From Takakia lepidozioides (Eukaryota > Plantae > Bryophyta), in contig CM060734.1 in assembly GCA_030704615.1 (NCBI GenBank), positions 3,038,001 through 3,102,000 on the forward strand: a stretch of DNA of 64,000 nt, given 5' to 3'. The notes under the pieces were generated by a model. That model was not told where the DNA came from. It did no database searches and saw nothing but the letters and a program-made list of their open reading frames with translations. Within the stretch, counting starts at the first letter, position 1; each line of letters opens with the position of its first letter. Of this stretch, positions 1 to 11,164 are shown one piece after another. Both the position numbers and the translations under genes were made by a program.

Positions 1-830
1 GAGTTACAGGACATCACACTTGCTATCGATGTCAGAAATGATTCCTAAAGCAAGCATTACATGAAAAGACAAGCAAAAGCAACATTTTCCAGAAACCTTT
101 AAAGCTTGTGGAATGAAAGTACTCTGTGACATGGCATCCAAGATCTGGCATTCAATCAAAGCAAACACAAAGGGTTTGCTGAAGGGTAGAGAGGAGCTTA
201 TCAACACCATTAAGCTTCCTTAGATCCTATAGGGCGCCGCTGCAGCATAAACGAACAATGACCAATTCTCCATAAAGCACGGCAGCAGCTTGTCTGCCAG
301 TTCGTGAATTGAAGATACCAGCATAGGAGCAGCAAATTCGGTTATAACCGCACCTCCCAATGAAATTGACAACACGGAATCAAGCCGCTAAGTCGTCAAG
401 CCGCCATCACGCAACTCCAGGAAAAAACCAAAGCCCAAGTGTCGGGTTGTTAGGTTTATAGAGGTGATCAAACACGCACCTTGCGATTTCATCCGGTCTG
501 GATGAGAAATCGCATGTAGTTGATAGGTCATTTTCGTGGGATTTTATCCACTAGAGATGTAATCAATAGGTTTCCAGGATGTCATCCATTCTGTGTGACA
601 TCCGACAGGGATGAAAAACCAACCATTCATTAGGTTTAAACCATAAGCTCATATTCAGGATAGATGAAATTTCGAACCCCTCAAGACCATAATTCACACC
701 CTAAATGAATTAAATGGTGAGAATAAAAAATCCTTGGAAAATAAAAAATCAGATCATCCGTTAGGTTTTCATCCGGTATGGATGAAAAACAAGAAAACAT
801 GGATGAAAGAACATACACTAGTACCATAGA
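1..830 (+). repeat. Diverged copy of dispersed repeat family X (GATGAAA-rich), related to 20340-21622
   Basis: cacttgctatcga... at ~17 matches ~20561; GGATGAAA-rich tail similar to 21180-21550; boundaries approximate. Confidence 0.45.
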
Positions 831-1345
831 GGCCAAGGTAATGGCAAAGATTCCAAGAGATTTATTGGAGGGAGAGAGAGAGGGAGAGAGAGGGAACCCA
901 CCATCCAACCCCTGGCATGGCAGTCCCTTACAGAGTGAGTGCGGTATGCACTCACCCCCTAAGGGAGTGCATACCAGACCCATTCTTGTACAAGGTTTCT
1001 TCCTCTGCATTGTAGTTCTACCCCTGGACAATAGTACCATAAGGATATGAACTTACATCCCTTGCCCCGAGGTCAAGAGTAAACAAAGGCATGACATGAA
1101 TCAAAACTTGACAGGCCTTACGTCAGGAAATATCCAGCTTACCTCTTTAGCATTTCATCAAGCTCATTGCTGCTGGCAAGACATAGAAGAGGAGAAGCAT
1201 GTGAAATCACCATATTGTAAGGCTGATTCAGTGGCCTGTTATGGTTCTGATTCATTGGCCTGATTCACTTTTCCCATGTCAAAAGTGATCAAAGTCATAC
1301 CAATAAAAAAGCTGGACAAGTAGAGTCATAGCTGCTGCTGCTCAG

Positions 1346-1735
1346 TCACACCCCCCCCCCCCCCACATTTTTTTCTTTTTTCTTTGTTGCCCCCTCTCTT
1401 GGGGAAACAAAAGGGACAGATCGTACCTTTGTCAGGGGCTGACGTTGGTAGTAAGACTTACCTTCACATATAGAATTAATCCGGGTTTTCCAGATATCCT
1501 CTACAAATCCCTTCACACAAGCATCAATCCGTTGTGTGTGAGTTGCCCAAAAACTAGGCCTCAGAAGGGGCTGGGCTTTTGGCTCAGCCTCGGCTTTTTC
1601 AAAGTTAGTAAATAGAGGTACATGCACAATTCCCTTGATAGATTTGAAGAGAGCGTCTCTTTGGTGAGAAAACCCCGGACAGTGTATCAAAAAATGAATA
1701 ATGTCTTCAGGTTGCCCACAGACATGGTTGGACAC
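1346..1735 (-). mobile_element. 3' fragment of a non-LTR retrotransposon (C-terminal zinc-knuckle region)
   Basis: CGQPEDIIHFLIHCPGFSHQR...FVEDIWKTR; near-identical to copies at 2088, 4780, 27064. Confidence 0.7.
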
Positions 1736-2087
1736 TACAGCCTCTAAGTCAGATTTATCCAGCAGGGTGAAGACTTGCGGTTCCAGGTCCAGGTCCTTGA
1801 GAATCTCTTCTACTGTCTTCTACCAGGACTTAGCCTGTTTGACAGGTCGGTGGGCGGTCCTGTTTCCAAGATATAGAGTCGATTAACTTAGGATATCTGG
1901 TGTTGGACATATGTTGCAGCTGAACCCACTATCTGACCTTGAATTTATCTCGTCAGGAGCTTAAAAGAGAGCAGCACAGAAGAGAGGGAGAGAGAGGGAC
2001 AGAGAGAGGGAGTGAGAGGGAGACATCAGGGGGCAACAAAGAAAAGAAAAGAAGGTGGGGGGGGAGTGACTGAGCAGCTGCTGCTGC

Positions 2088-2672
2088 TCAATCACTCCCC
2101 CCCCCCCCACATTCTCTTTTTTCTTTGTTAATGCCCCCTCTCTTGGGGAAACAAAAGGGACAGACCTCTGTCAGGGGCTGACGTTGGTAGTAAGACTTAC
2201 CTTCACATATAGAATTAATCCGGGTTTTCCAGATATCCTCTACAAATCCCTTCACACAAGCATCAATCTGTTGTGTGTGAGATGCCCAAAAACTAGGCCT
2301 CAGAAGGGGCTGGGCTTTTGGCTCAACCTCGATTTTTTCAAAGTTAGTAAACAGAGGTACATGCACAATTCCCTTGATAGATTTGAAGAGAGCGTCTCTT
2401 TGGTGAGAGAACCCCGGACAGTGTATCAGAAAATGAGTACTGTCTTCAGATTGCCCACACAACGGGCAATTGCACTCTCCCTTTCCTCTCTTCTGTTTGT
2501 TGTTCAAAGGTAGGCTTCCTGCCCTGAGTTTAAATTTCAGTCTAGTGTTGAGAGTGGGTAGACCCTTGAGGTCATCCAAGATGTCATCCCCCATGTCACT
2601 GACTGGAAACAAGTTCAGGGAAGTTTTTTGCCTAACTTCATTTTCATCAGACAATCTCATGGCAACAGACAT
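2088..2672 (-). mobile_element. 3' fragment of the same LINE family; 1340-1940 and 2085-2885 form a local duplication
   Basis: KFKLRAGSLPL...CPLCGQSEDSTHFLIHCP, typical post-RT CCHC motif of LINE ORF2. Confidence 0.75.
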
Positions 2673-2953
2673 GGTTGGATGCTACAGCCTCTAAGTCAGA
2701 TTTATCCAGCAGGGTGAAGACTTGCGGTTCCAGGTCTAGGTCCTTGAGAATCTCTTCTACTGTCTTCTGCCAGGACTTAGCCTGTTTGACAGGTCGGTGG
2801 GCGGTCTTGTTTCCAAGATATAGAGTCGATTAACTTAGGATATCTGGTGTTGGACATATGCTGCAGCTGACCCCACCATCTGACCTCTCCCCCCCCCCAA
2901 CCCATTTTTTTTCATTGTTGCCCTCTCTCTCCCTCTCTCTCCCTCTGTTACCT

Positions 2954-4085
2954 GGGTCTATGGAATTGTTATCTCGACTTCCATATTTTTTGTGCTTAAA
3001 ATCTGGGTTGCAAGGAAAACCGGATGAATTTCATCCTGGTTTCATCCGTTTTACCTTGGCACGTATCTGATTTTTCATTACTGCCTACGATTTTTCAGTA
3101 TAACCTACCTTGATTTCGTCCAGCCTATACCATAGCTGTGATGTGTTGAACTTTGTTGTAATTTCCCGATTTTTCTCATCCTACCTTGATGGAAATTGGA
3201 ATCTGTCCGCCGGGTTCAAGGCTATGCTAGATGAAATTCATCCGGACAGTGGATGACTGTTGTGGCAAGACAAGGTAAGTTCCCTGCGCAACCCTATTTC
3301 TGCCTCTTGCGTTGAAGGATCGCGCAATGGCGGCATGGAGGAAGAGAAGGTGCTCGATGTTACGTTGAGTTGCCGCTCCTTGGGTTGTTTAAAGACTCTA
3401 TGAATGCCGCCCCTATGGATTCATTAAGGAGACGGCGGTTCTTTTGAGGTGAGTGAAGGCACTATCTCATTTGTCTGTTTTTTTGCTGCACAAGGGAACA
3501 AAGGCAGTGATGGCGGAGGTACCACCTGACTGCTTGTGAAGTTTCCCTAGGAGCCCTCCTCTGGATCTTTGATGAATGGCGGCGTCTTGGTAAAACAAGG
3601 AAGTCTCTCTCTCCCTCCTTTTATAAACCCTACCTTATGAGACAAAGCTCCTTTTTCTTGTGCTTGGCAAGACTTTGCTTTGGTTAAGGTAGCAGTGCTG
3701 TGGTGTTGGCGGAGACCTCCCTGCACGGTTGGGCTTGTGGAGAGATGGCGACCATCCCCCAAACAATAAAAAAAAAAAAGGTTCTTTTTTCTGTTTGTCT
3801 TGCTTCCCTGCTTTCTTTGGCATTCTCTGTGCTTAGATTCAAGTGTATTTGACCTCGATAGCAAGTGTGGAAGCTTGCTACTCACCTCGTGCATCCTCAC
3901 TAACTCACAATGCGTTGTGGTTGTTTTTGGGACGGGCACAGGTGAGGGCTTCCACTTAATATGCTGATTGCTAAGTGCTGTAGGGTACCATGAGGATTAC
4001 AGAGGAGTGAAGATGGCGGCTGGCTGTGGATTCATCTTGAAATCTGAAAAACTAAACTACTCTATGTTTTTCATGATCCTACCTC
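2954..4085 (-). repeat. Repeat family X copy, inverted relative to 20340-21622
   Basis: gggtctatggaattgttatctcgacttcc at 2954 vs reverse complement at ~21595-21622; shared MPVPKTTTTHCELVRMHEVSS pseudo-ORF (3547-3939 minus, 20489 plus). Confidence 0.75.
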
Positions 4086-4182
4086 TATGTTTGATCTGTC
4101 AAGGACAATATAGTGCTACTTGTGGTGGGTAATCCTTTCCAGATTGGTGAAGGGCCCCTGTTTTGCAATGATGGCTGAGACT

Positions 4183-4230
4183 GCCTTGCCTTGCTTTGCC
4201 TTGCCTTGCCTTGCCGTGCCTTGCCTTGCC
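4183..4230. repeat. (CTTGC)n microsatellite
   Basis: gccttgccttgctttgccttgccttgcc... Confidence 0.85.
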
Positions 4231-4239
4231 CCCAACCTG

Positions 4240-4775
4240 TCAGGTTAAGCATAAAGGCGCTACAATGTATTGTTTGCGGCAGCCCTTTGGGTACCTTCCC
4301 GTGCATTGTTTAAACCCTGCAATGGTGGCTGAGTTATGGTGGTTTGTGTGGGACACATACATCAGTTTTTAGGCCTTGATTTGCTTTGCCTCCGGTCTGT
4401 TAGGGTAAACATATAGGTGCTGCAAGTTATAGTTTGTTGCAGCCCTTTGGGTACCTTCCCGGACAATGTTTAACCCTGCAATGATGGCTGAGAATATGGT
4501 GACTTGTGAGGGACACACACATCAGTTTTTAGGCCCTGGCTTACTTGGCTTCAGCTTGTTAATAAACCTGGCAATGATGGCAAAGACCATGGTGGTTCGT
4601 GTGGGACACACACATCAGTTTGTAGCCTTTTTTTTGCTTTGTCTCCAGCTTGTGAGGTTTAACATACAGGTGCTGAATATGATGGCTTGTGTGGGACACA
4701 CACATCAGTTCTTAGGCCTTGTTTAAACCTTTCAATGATGGCTGAGAAGATGGTGACTTGTGTGGGACACACACA
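4240..4775 (+). repeat. Imperfect tandem repeat, about 5 units
   Basis: Recurrent core atggtg..ttgtgtgggacacacacatcagtt at ~4335, 4495, 4590, 4680, 4750. Confidence 0.75.
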
Positions 4776-4779
4776 TGCA

Positions 4780-5183
4780 GAGAGGAAATGGAGAGTGCAA
4801 TTGCCGTTGTGTGGGCAATCTGAAGACAATACTCATTTTCTAATACATTGTCCGGGGTTCTCTCACCAAAGAGACGCCCTCTTCAAATCTATCAAGGGAA
4901 TTGTGCATGTACCTCTGTTTACCAACTTTGAAAGTCTCAAGGCTGAGCCAAAAGCCCAGGCCTGCTGAGGCGTAGTTATTGGGCAAATCACACACAACAG
5001 TTTGATGCTTGTGTGAAGGGATTTCTAGAGGATATCTGGAAAACCCAGATTAATTCTATATATGAAGGTAAGTCTTACTACCAACGTCAGCCCCTGACAG
5101 AGGTAGGTTCTGTCCCTTTTGTTTCCGCTCAAACTGGGCGCGGGGTCAATGGCCACAAGGCTACGGCAAACAACGTCTTATGA
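4780..5183 (+). mobile_element. LINE 3' end fragment including the natural ORF2 end
   Basis: PLCGQSEDNTHFLIHCPG...TGRGVNGHKATANNVL*; same end as the 27064 copy. Confidence 0.75.
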
Positions 5184-5499
5184 GTACAATCTTTTTAACT
5201 TTTTTCTGCACCCTCTCTCCCTTGTGGTTTGTTTACTTTTGTGAGCAGCAAAAAAAAGAGGGAGAGAGAGAAAGAGAGGGAGGGAGAGGGACAGAGGGAC
5301 AGAGAGAGGGAGAGATCAGGAAACCAAAAATAAATAAAATGGTGGGGGGGGGGGGGAGTGACTGAGCCCGTGGTGCTCAGTCACCCCACACCACCCCCCA
5401 CTTTTTTCTTTTCTCTTTGTTGCCCCCTCTCGACACCCCGAGCACTTGCTGCTCTCAGCCCCCGACATGCTTGGTTTTTTTTTGTTTTTGATCTGGAAT

Positions 5500-7075
5500 G
5501 TAGAGGTTGTTTCCTAATGAGGCCAACTTGTGGGTTTGCATGACATGTGCCAGCTTATGGGGAAAGAGAAGAAGTTCCCTGCCCCAAAGAAAGGGGCGGA
5601 CAATCCGTTTGCTCTGCCGGCACGTGTGACGCGCCAGGGCGTCTCACGGTTAACCAGCCCCGTCGACAGCCGCAGTCGGAGGGCTCGTCTACCCCCCAAG
5701 GCCAGTACCCCCCCCCTCTTGTCCACATCTTGGATGCGCCAGGGGCCGGCTCAGCCAGCTCTCTTATTCGGGAGGTTGTTGTTGAGCCGGATGCTCAGTT
5801 GAGCACACCCCCAGCCACCAAGACGGGTGAAATGTACCTTGGCAAGCACATCACCCATTCGGGGCCCGGTATGGGCAACTTTTGGATGTCACCCCCATAG
5901 CGACCCCTTCCTCCGCAGCAAAGGCTGCAGTTGCCAAGGCCCAACGTCAGGTTCAAGGGCCTTTGAAAGCCTCCATTGCCAGCCCATTGTTGTCGATGAG
6001 GGAGGAGGAGACGAGGAGGGCCAATGAAGTGGCCAAGATAGCGAAGCGCCTCGAAGAAGTCAAGCCGGGTGAGGGCTTCTACCCTGATACGCATTTGGGG
6101 GGGGGGGGGCGAGGAGGAGGTATGGGCCGGTTCGGAGCAGCCTAGCCGATCAGCGACACCGCCCCCTGAGCCTGAGCAGTCAGCAAAGAAGGGCCTGGAC
6201 TACGGGGCGCCGTCGCCGGCTATGCTCCACATCTGGAATCTACTTCCAGTGGCGCTCCAGGAGGGGATAGAGCGGGCACATCCGGCAACAGGGACTCCTG
6301 CCACATCGGGTGACACCGGGGGCGAGTTGGACAAGCTTGCAAAGGTACAACGGTCGCACCTTGTTCCATGATTTATCTTTTCCTTTGCATGCATGATTTT
6401 CTTTGTTGTTTGTTTCTTTTTTTGAATTTGGAGGGGTTATTTGTCTTCAGGAGGCAGCAACATCGTTGGCCTCATTGGTGCAGTCCAGTGGGGTTGCCAA
6501 TGAGGGAGAGCACGTGGTGTTCATGAAGGACCCGAACACCAAAGGTAAGAAGAAGAGGCCTCGATCTCCCGAGATCCTTTTTACCATCAATGAAGGGGCT
6601 GCCGAGGAGAGAGAGAGAAGGGAGAGGGAGAAGGAGAGAGAGGAAGTAGCGGGAAGGGGAAGGGAAAGAAGAAGAAGAAGAAGAAGAAGTCCCATGGAGA
6701 GGGGGTGAGTGTGCATGCGGGGGAGGGCAGTGGGGTAACAAAGGAGCAGGGGAAGGAGGCTACAAAGAAGGGAGAGGGTGGGAAGAAGAACATGCCCTTG
6801 GCGATACAGGACGTGGAGTTGGCAAAGATCGTGGTGCCATCGGTGGAGGTGAATTGCCATGGTGACCCCTGCGGTGCGTTCTGGGAGGCTATGAAGAAGC
6901 CAGCCTTCGAACTCGCATTGAGGTGGTTCCCTTTGCACAATCGAGTGGCTGATCAGCACTTTGGCGCGAAGCGGGCGTATGCCCGTGAGTTAGACCGCCG
7001 GTTTCCGGGCAATTGGAGTGACACAAGGTGTGATGAGATGGTGGGGCGAAACTTGAAGGACAGGAGGTACCGTGC
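5500..7075 (+). pseudogene. Truncated CACTA TnpA-like gene fragment (with intron), homologous to 42160-44420
   Basis: FWEAMKKPAFELALRWFPLH...RELDRRFPGNWSD...GRNLKDRRYRA vs FWEALRRHAFPKAARWFSLH...GKNLKDRQYRA; cut off by a LINE fragment at ~7075. Confidence 0.55.
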
Positions 7076-7380
7076 CTGTTTGCTGTTCAAAGGTAGGCTT
7101 CCTGCCCTGAGTTTAAATTTCAAGTCTAGTGCCGAGAGTGGGTAGATCCTTGAGGTCATCCAAGATGTCCTCCCCCATGTCACTGACTGGAAACAAGTTC
7201 AGGGAAGTTTTCTGCCTAACTTCATTTTCATCAGACAATCTCATGGCAATAGACATGGCTTTGGACACTACAACCTCTAAGTCAGATTTATCAACCCATA
7301 TCGCAGATCCGTACTCCAAGGCAGGTCCAATAATGCGACAAAGCATGGTTTTCTTAACCTCAGAGTTGACCCCTCTGCAG
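7075..7380 (-). mobile_element. LINE fragment (post-RT region) of the same family
   Basis: RIIGPALEYGSAIW...KFKLRAGSLPL; DNA nearly identical to 2495-2700. Confidence 0.7.
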
Positions 7381-7577
7381 AAAAAGTTAAAAAGAGAGAA
7401 GAAAGATACTTTTGTCATGTCAAGACAAGGACATGACCCCTAGGGTCGTTGTCATAAAAGAATAATCAGACACATCAGCTACTTAACAGTGGCACCATCC
7501 ATCAATCATCAAGCTTAGAAAATCCAGAATTACATCCATGCACAATAATGTGTTCATGTCAGTATTATTCATAACCC

Positions 7578-7904
7578 TGTCAAGTTATTTTACCACTAGT
7601 GTGAAACTAGCTAGGAAATAGCTATCTTTTACATATTGACATTTGGGATTGGCCCAAGTGTCAATCCAGGGGTCAAGGCAGATTTAGGCCCTGGAGTGGT
7701 TATCTTCACGGCAAGCGTGGGAGGCTCATCTTTCTCGAGTTGAGCCTCACCGCGCCTAGCTATGGCGCCGTAGTGTGGATTCCCCATGGCGTGGGGTGCA
7801 CTTGGCTTGACTTGTATTTGAGTGATGAGGTTATATATGCATGAGTTTATGCTTCAGCTTTGTGAGCTCGCATGAGCTTGTGCTTGTATTCTTCTTCTTT
7901 ATCA
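7578..7904 (+). repeat. Terminal repeat A1 (327 bp)
   Basis: tgtcaagttatt...ctttatca, same as 18920-19246 apart from 2 substitutions seen. Confidence 0.95.
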
Positions 7905-7920
7905 CTCGAGAAAGATGAGC
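7905..7920 (+). promoter_or_regulatory. Putative self-priming primer-binding site
   Basis: ctcgagaaagatgagc directly after A1 is the exact reverse complement of gctcatctttctcgag at 7724-7739; no TGG-starting tRNA PBS. Confidence 0.8.
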
Positions 7921-9439
7921 TCGTATCTATGAGTGCTAGATACGAGTTAGTTGTAGCACTTGTGGTTTTTGCTTGAGAATGAGAGAAACCAAGTTGTTAT
8001 GCAAGGAGCACCGTGGAGCTCTTGGTTGTTAGAAGCGGAGGCGATGTGGGTTACGAGGTGGTAAACCTTGGCATTCGATCTTCAGCTTCAGAGATGAAAG
8101 CACCATACTGTAGGTAATTCCAGAGCACCTTGATGGTTTCAGATTGTGTACATGCATGAGCAAGCACGATTGGGAAGAGGACCAGTCAAGAGCAGGTTAT
8201 AGTGGCTTTGGTGGCAAAGCTGAGAACTGGACTTGGGAATGCGAGCTGTCATTGTGTGAAGGATTGCAAGACCAAGCGAAAGGGCTGATTTGGCTTGGGG
8301 CAAATCAGTGCACTTTGTGGAGTATGGTGAGATTGGGTTTCAATCTCGAGCTTCAGCATTGAGAGGGCTCTTGTCATGGCAAGAGCAGGGCTGGAACAGG
8401 AGCTAAGAGGTGCGGCAAGGCCATGGAATGTGCACCTAGGGTTTCAGAGCTTGGAAGAAGAGCTCTTGCACCACAAGAGAAGTGTCTTGTGGCTGGAAAT
8501 GTAAGCCTTAGGGTTTCAGGAGCTTGGCAAAGGCTATGGAGTGCTTAGTCTTGTCTTAGAGAGCATCAAGGAGCCAAGGAGCCAAGATAGGGGGCTGATA
8601 TCTCTTGTGTGAAGAGGTTGCATGTGTGGAGCATGTATTCAACTCATTGAAGCTTCCATCTTCAAGCTTGGAGGGCAAGCAAGGAAGTGGGAAGGGCTAA
8701 CTTCCCTTATGTGAGGGCAATGCATGTGTGGAGCATGCTATCAGCCTGGTGAAGGCTTGCACTTTTAGGTGTGGGAGTGCAAGAATGGAAGGAAGGGGCT
8801 GGTTTCCCTGTAGGGCATGTAGAGCATGCTTTCAGCCTCAGCTGCTGAAGCTTGTATTTTTCAGGTTTGTGGGTGCAAGAAATGAAGCAAAGGAGCTGAT
8901 TCTCTTTATGGTGAGAGTGGGGCATGTGTGGAGCATGCCTTCAGCCCATTGAGGCTCTTGTTTTCAAGCCTTAGAGAGCTAGAACGGAAGGTCTAGGGCT
9001 GGTTTCCACTTGGAGTGAAAGAACAGCACTTGTAGGGCCTATGTGAGTTGGGGTTTCAACTTCAAGCTTGAAGGGAGCGCAACTCTTGAAGCAACAGGTG
9101 TAGAGGGCTGGAATAGGCTCTAAGACAGATGCTATGGCCAATGAGGGGAGTGCTTGAATGAGTGCTCACAAGGGCTGGGAACCAGCAGGGCTTGGTTGTT
9201 TGCCATTGAGTTTAGTGGCGTGTTTGGGGAGGCTAAGTGAGAAAGAAGGCTTGGTTTGTGGCAACCACCTCATGGCTTAGGGCTACTATGGTGGTGTGTG
9301 GGAGCCGAAAGAGCAAGGATACCTTGCTGATTTCCTCACAGCCACCATAGCTCGGTGGAAAGAAGCCTAGAGTCCAAGAGACACAAACCCTAGCTTGGCG
9401 TGGCTAAACCCCTTGGAGAAATGGCTAAACTGCCAGAGC

Positions 9440-10430
9440 GGCCATGTGTGGGCTGTGACAGGCTTTGGCAGCTGTGACGGGCTGTGGCAAGCTGTGACAG
9501 GCTGTGATGGGCTGTGTCAGGCTGTGACGGGCTGTGCCCAGTGGCCTTTGGGGCTGTGACGGGCTGTGCCCTGTGGCCTGTGGGGCTGTGACGGGCTGTG
9601 TCAGGCTGTGGCGAGCTGTGACGGGCTGTGTCAGGCTGTGACAGGCTGTGTCCAGTGCCTTTGGGGCTGTGACGGGCTGTGCGGGGCTGTGACAGGCTGT
9701 GCCCTGAGGCCTATGGGGCTGTGACGGGCTGTGACAGGCTGTGCGAGCTGTGACAGGCTGTGCCCATGGCCTTTGGGGCTGTGACGGGCTGTGAGGGGCT
9801 GTGACAGGCCGTGCCTGAGGCCTTTGAGGCTGTGACGGGCTGTGAGGGGCTGTGACAGGCCGTGCCCATGGCCTTTGGGGCTGTGACGGGCTGTGAGGGG
9901 CTGTGACAGGCCGTGCCTGAGGCCTTTGAGGCTGTGAGGGCTGTGACAGGCCGTGCCCTAGGCCTTTGAGGCTGTGACGGGCTGTGATGGGCTGTGGCAA
10001 GCTGTGACAGGCTGTGATGGGCTGTGATGGGCTGTGACAGGCTGTGCCCTGTGCCCTGTGAGGCTGTGAGGGGCTGTGACAGGCCGTGCCCATGGCCTTT
10101 GGGGCTGTGATGGGCTGTGAGGGGCTGTGACAGGCCGTGCCCATGGCCTTTGGGGCTGTGAGGGGCTGTGAGGGGCTGTGACAGGCCGTGCCTGAGGCCT
10201 TTGGGGCTGTGACGGGCTGTGAGGGGCTGTGACAGGCCGTGCCCATGGCCTTTGGGGCTGTGACGGGCTGTGAGGGGCTGTGACAGGCCGTGCCTGAGGC
10301 CTTTGAGGCTGTGAGGGGCTGTGAGGGGCTGTGACAGGCCGTGCCTGAGGCCTTTGAGGCTGTGACAGGCTGTGAGGGGCTGCGACAGGCTGTGCCCAGT
10401 GGCCTGTGGGACTGTGACGGCTGTGACCAG
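9440..10430 (+). repeat. GGCTGTGA-based minisatellite (10-bp units, 51-bp higher-order period) in the element's 5' leader
   Basis: gtgacgggct gtgaggggct gtgacaggcc gtgcctgagg cctttgaggc t recurs, e.g. at 9781 and 9832. Confidence 0.9.
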
Positions 10431-11164
10431 TGAGCTGTGTGGGCCTGTGCTGGTCTGTGGTGGCCCGTGTTGACCTGTGGACGGCCTGTGCTGACTCGTG
10501 GAGGCACTGGTGGACTGCCTAAGGACTGGCATGTGGTCTGGAAGGCCAAATTTTGAAGCTCGTGGAGGGCGGTTTGAGGAGTATCTTCATGATATTCCCA
10601 TGGTCATGCAAGTGAGGATAGAGAGGAGAGGCAGAGTGTTGGGATGAGAGCATGCTGGGGTTAGGCATTGCTTTAGCTTCTCTTCCTCGTAGTTTCCACC
10701 CTCTCATTAGGCCAAGACCTTTCCGTAGGTGGAGGCAAGAGTCAGTCCGGGTTTGGGCTGGGGTGTCCTTGCAGGAGCAACACCGTGGAGTTGTTTTTGG
10801 TGTGGGGGAGTTGTCGTTCGGATTTCTTGTGTTTGGATCCCCTCCATACCTGCATGCTTGACTGTGCGCCATGCTAGTTTTGTGTGGGCGCTTGTTTTTA
10901 TAGGTGATTGGTCCGGATTTGATCACCGGCCAGTCCTAGAGCATGCTGTCGATGGTGAGGCTGGGGTGATGACCAGCCAGACCATCATTGTTTCTCCTGT
11001 GGTGAGGTTGGAGGTGATGACCAGCCAACCATAGGAGTGCTTGTGGTGGATGCAGGTACAGGTGTAGGCTATGTTAGGAACTTAGTATTCCAAACCATAA
11101 GCCGCAACAGGTTCTCTACCCGGTTACCTTGTGAAGAGGGGGTTAGGGACATGTTCATGACCGG

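Noticed and set aside
9425-10549. 374-aa and 273-aa minus-strand repeat ORFs
   Set aside because: By-product of a 51-bp (multiple of 3) tandem repeat with no stop codons; no protein features
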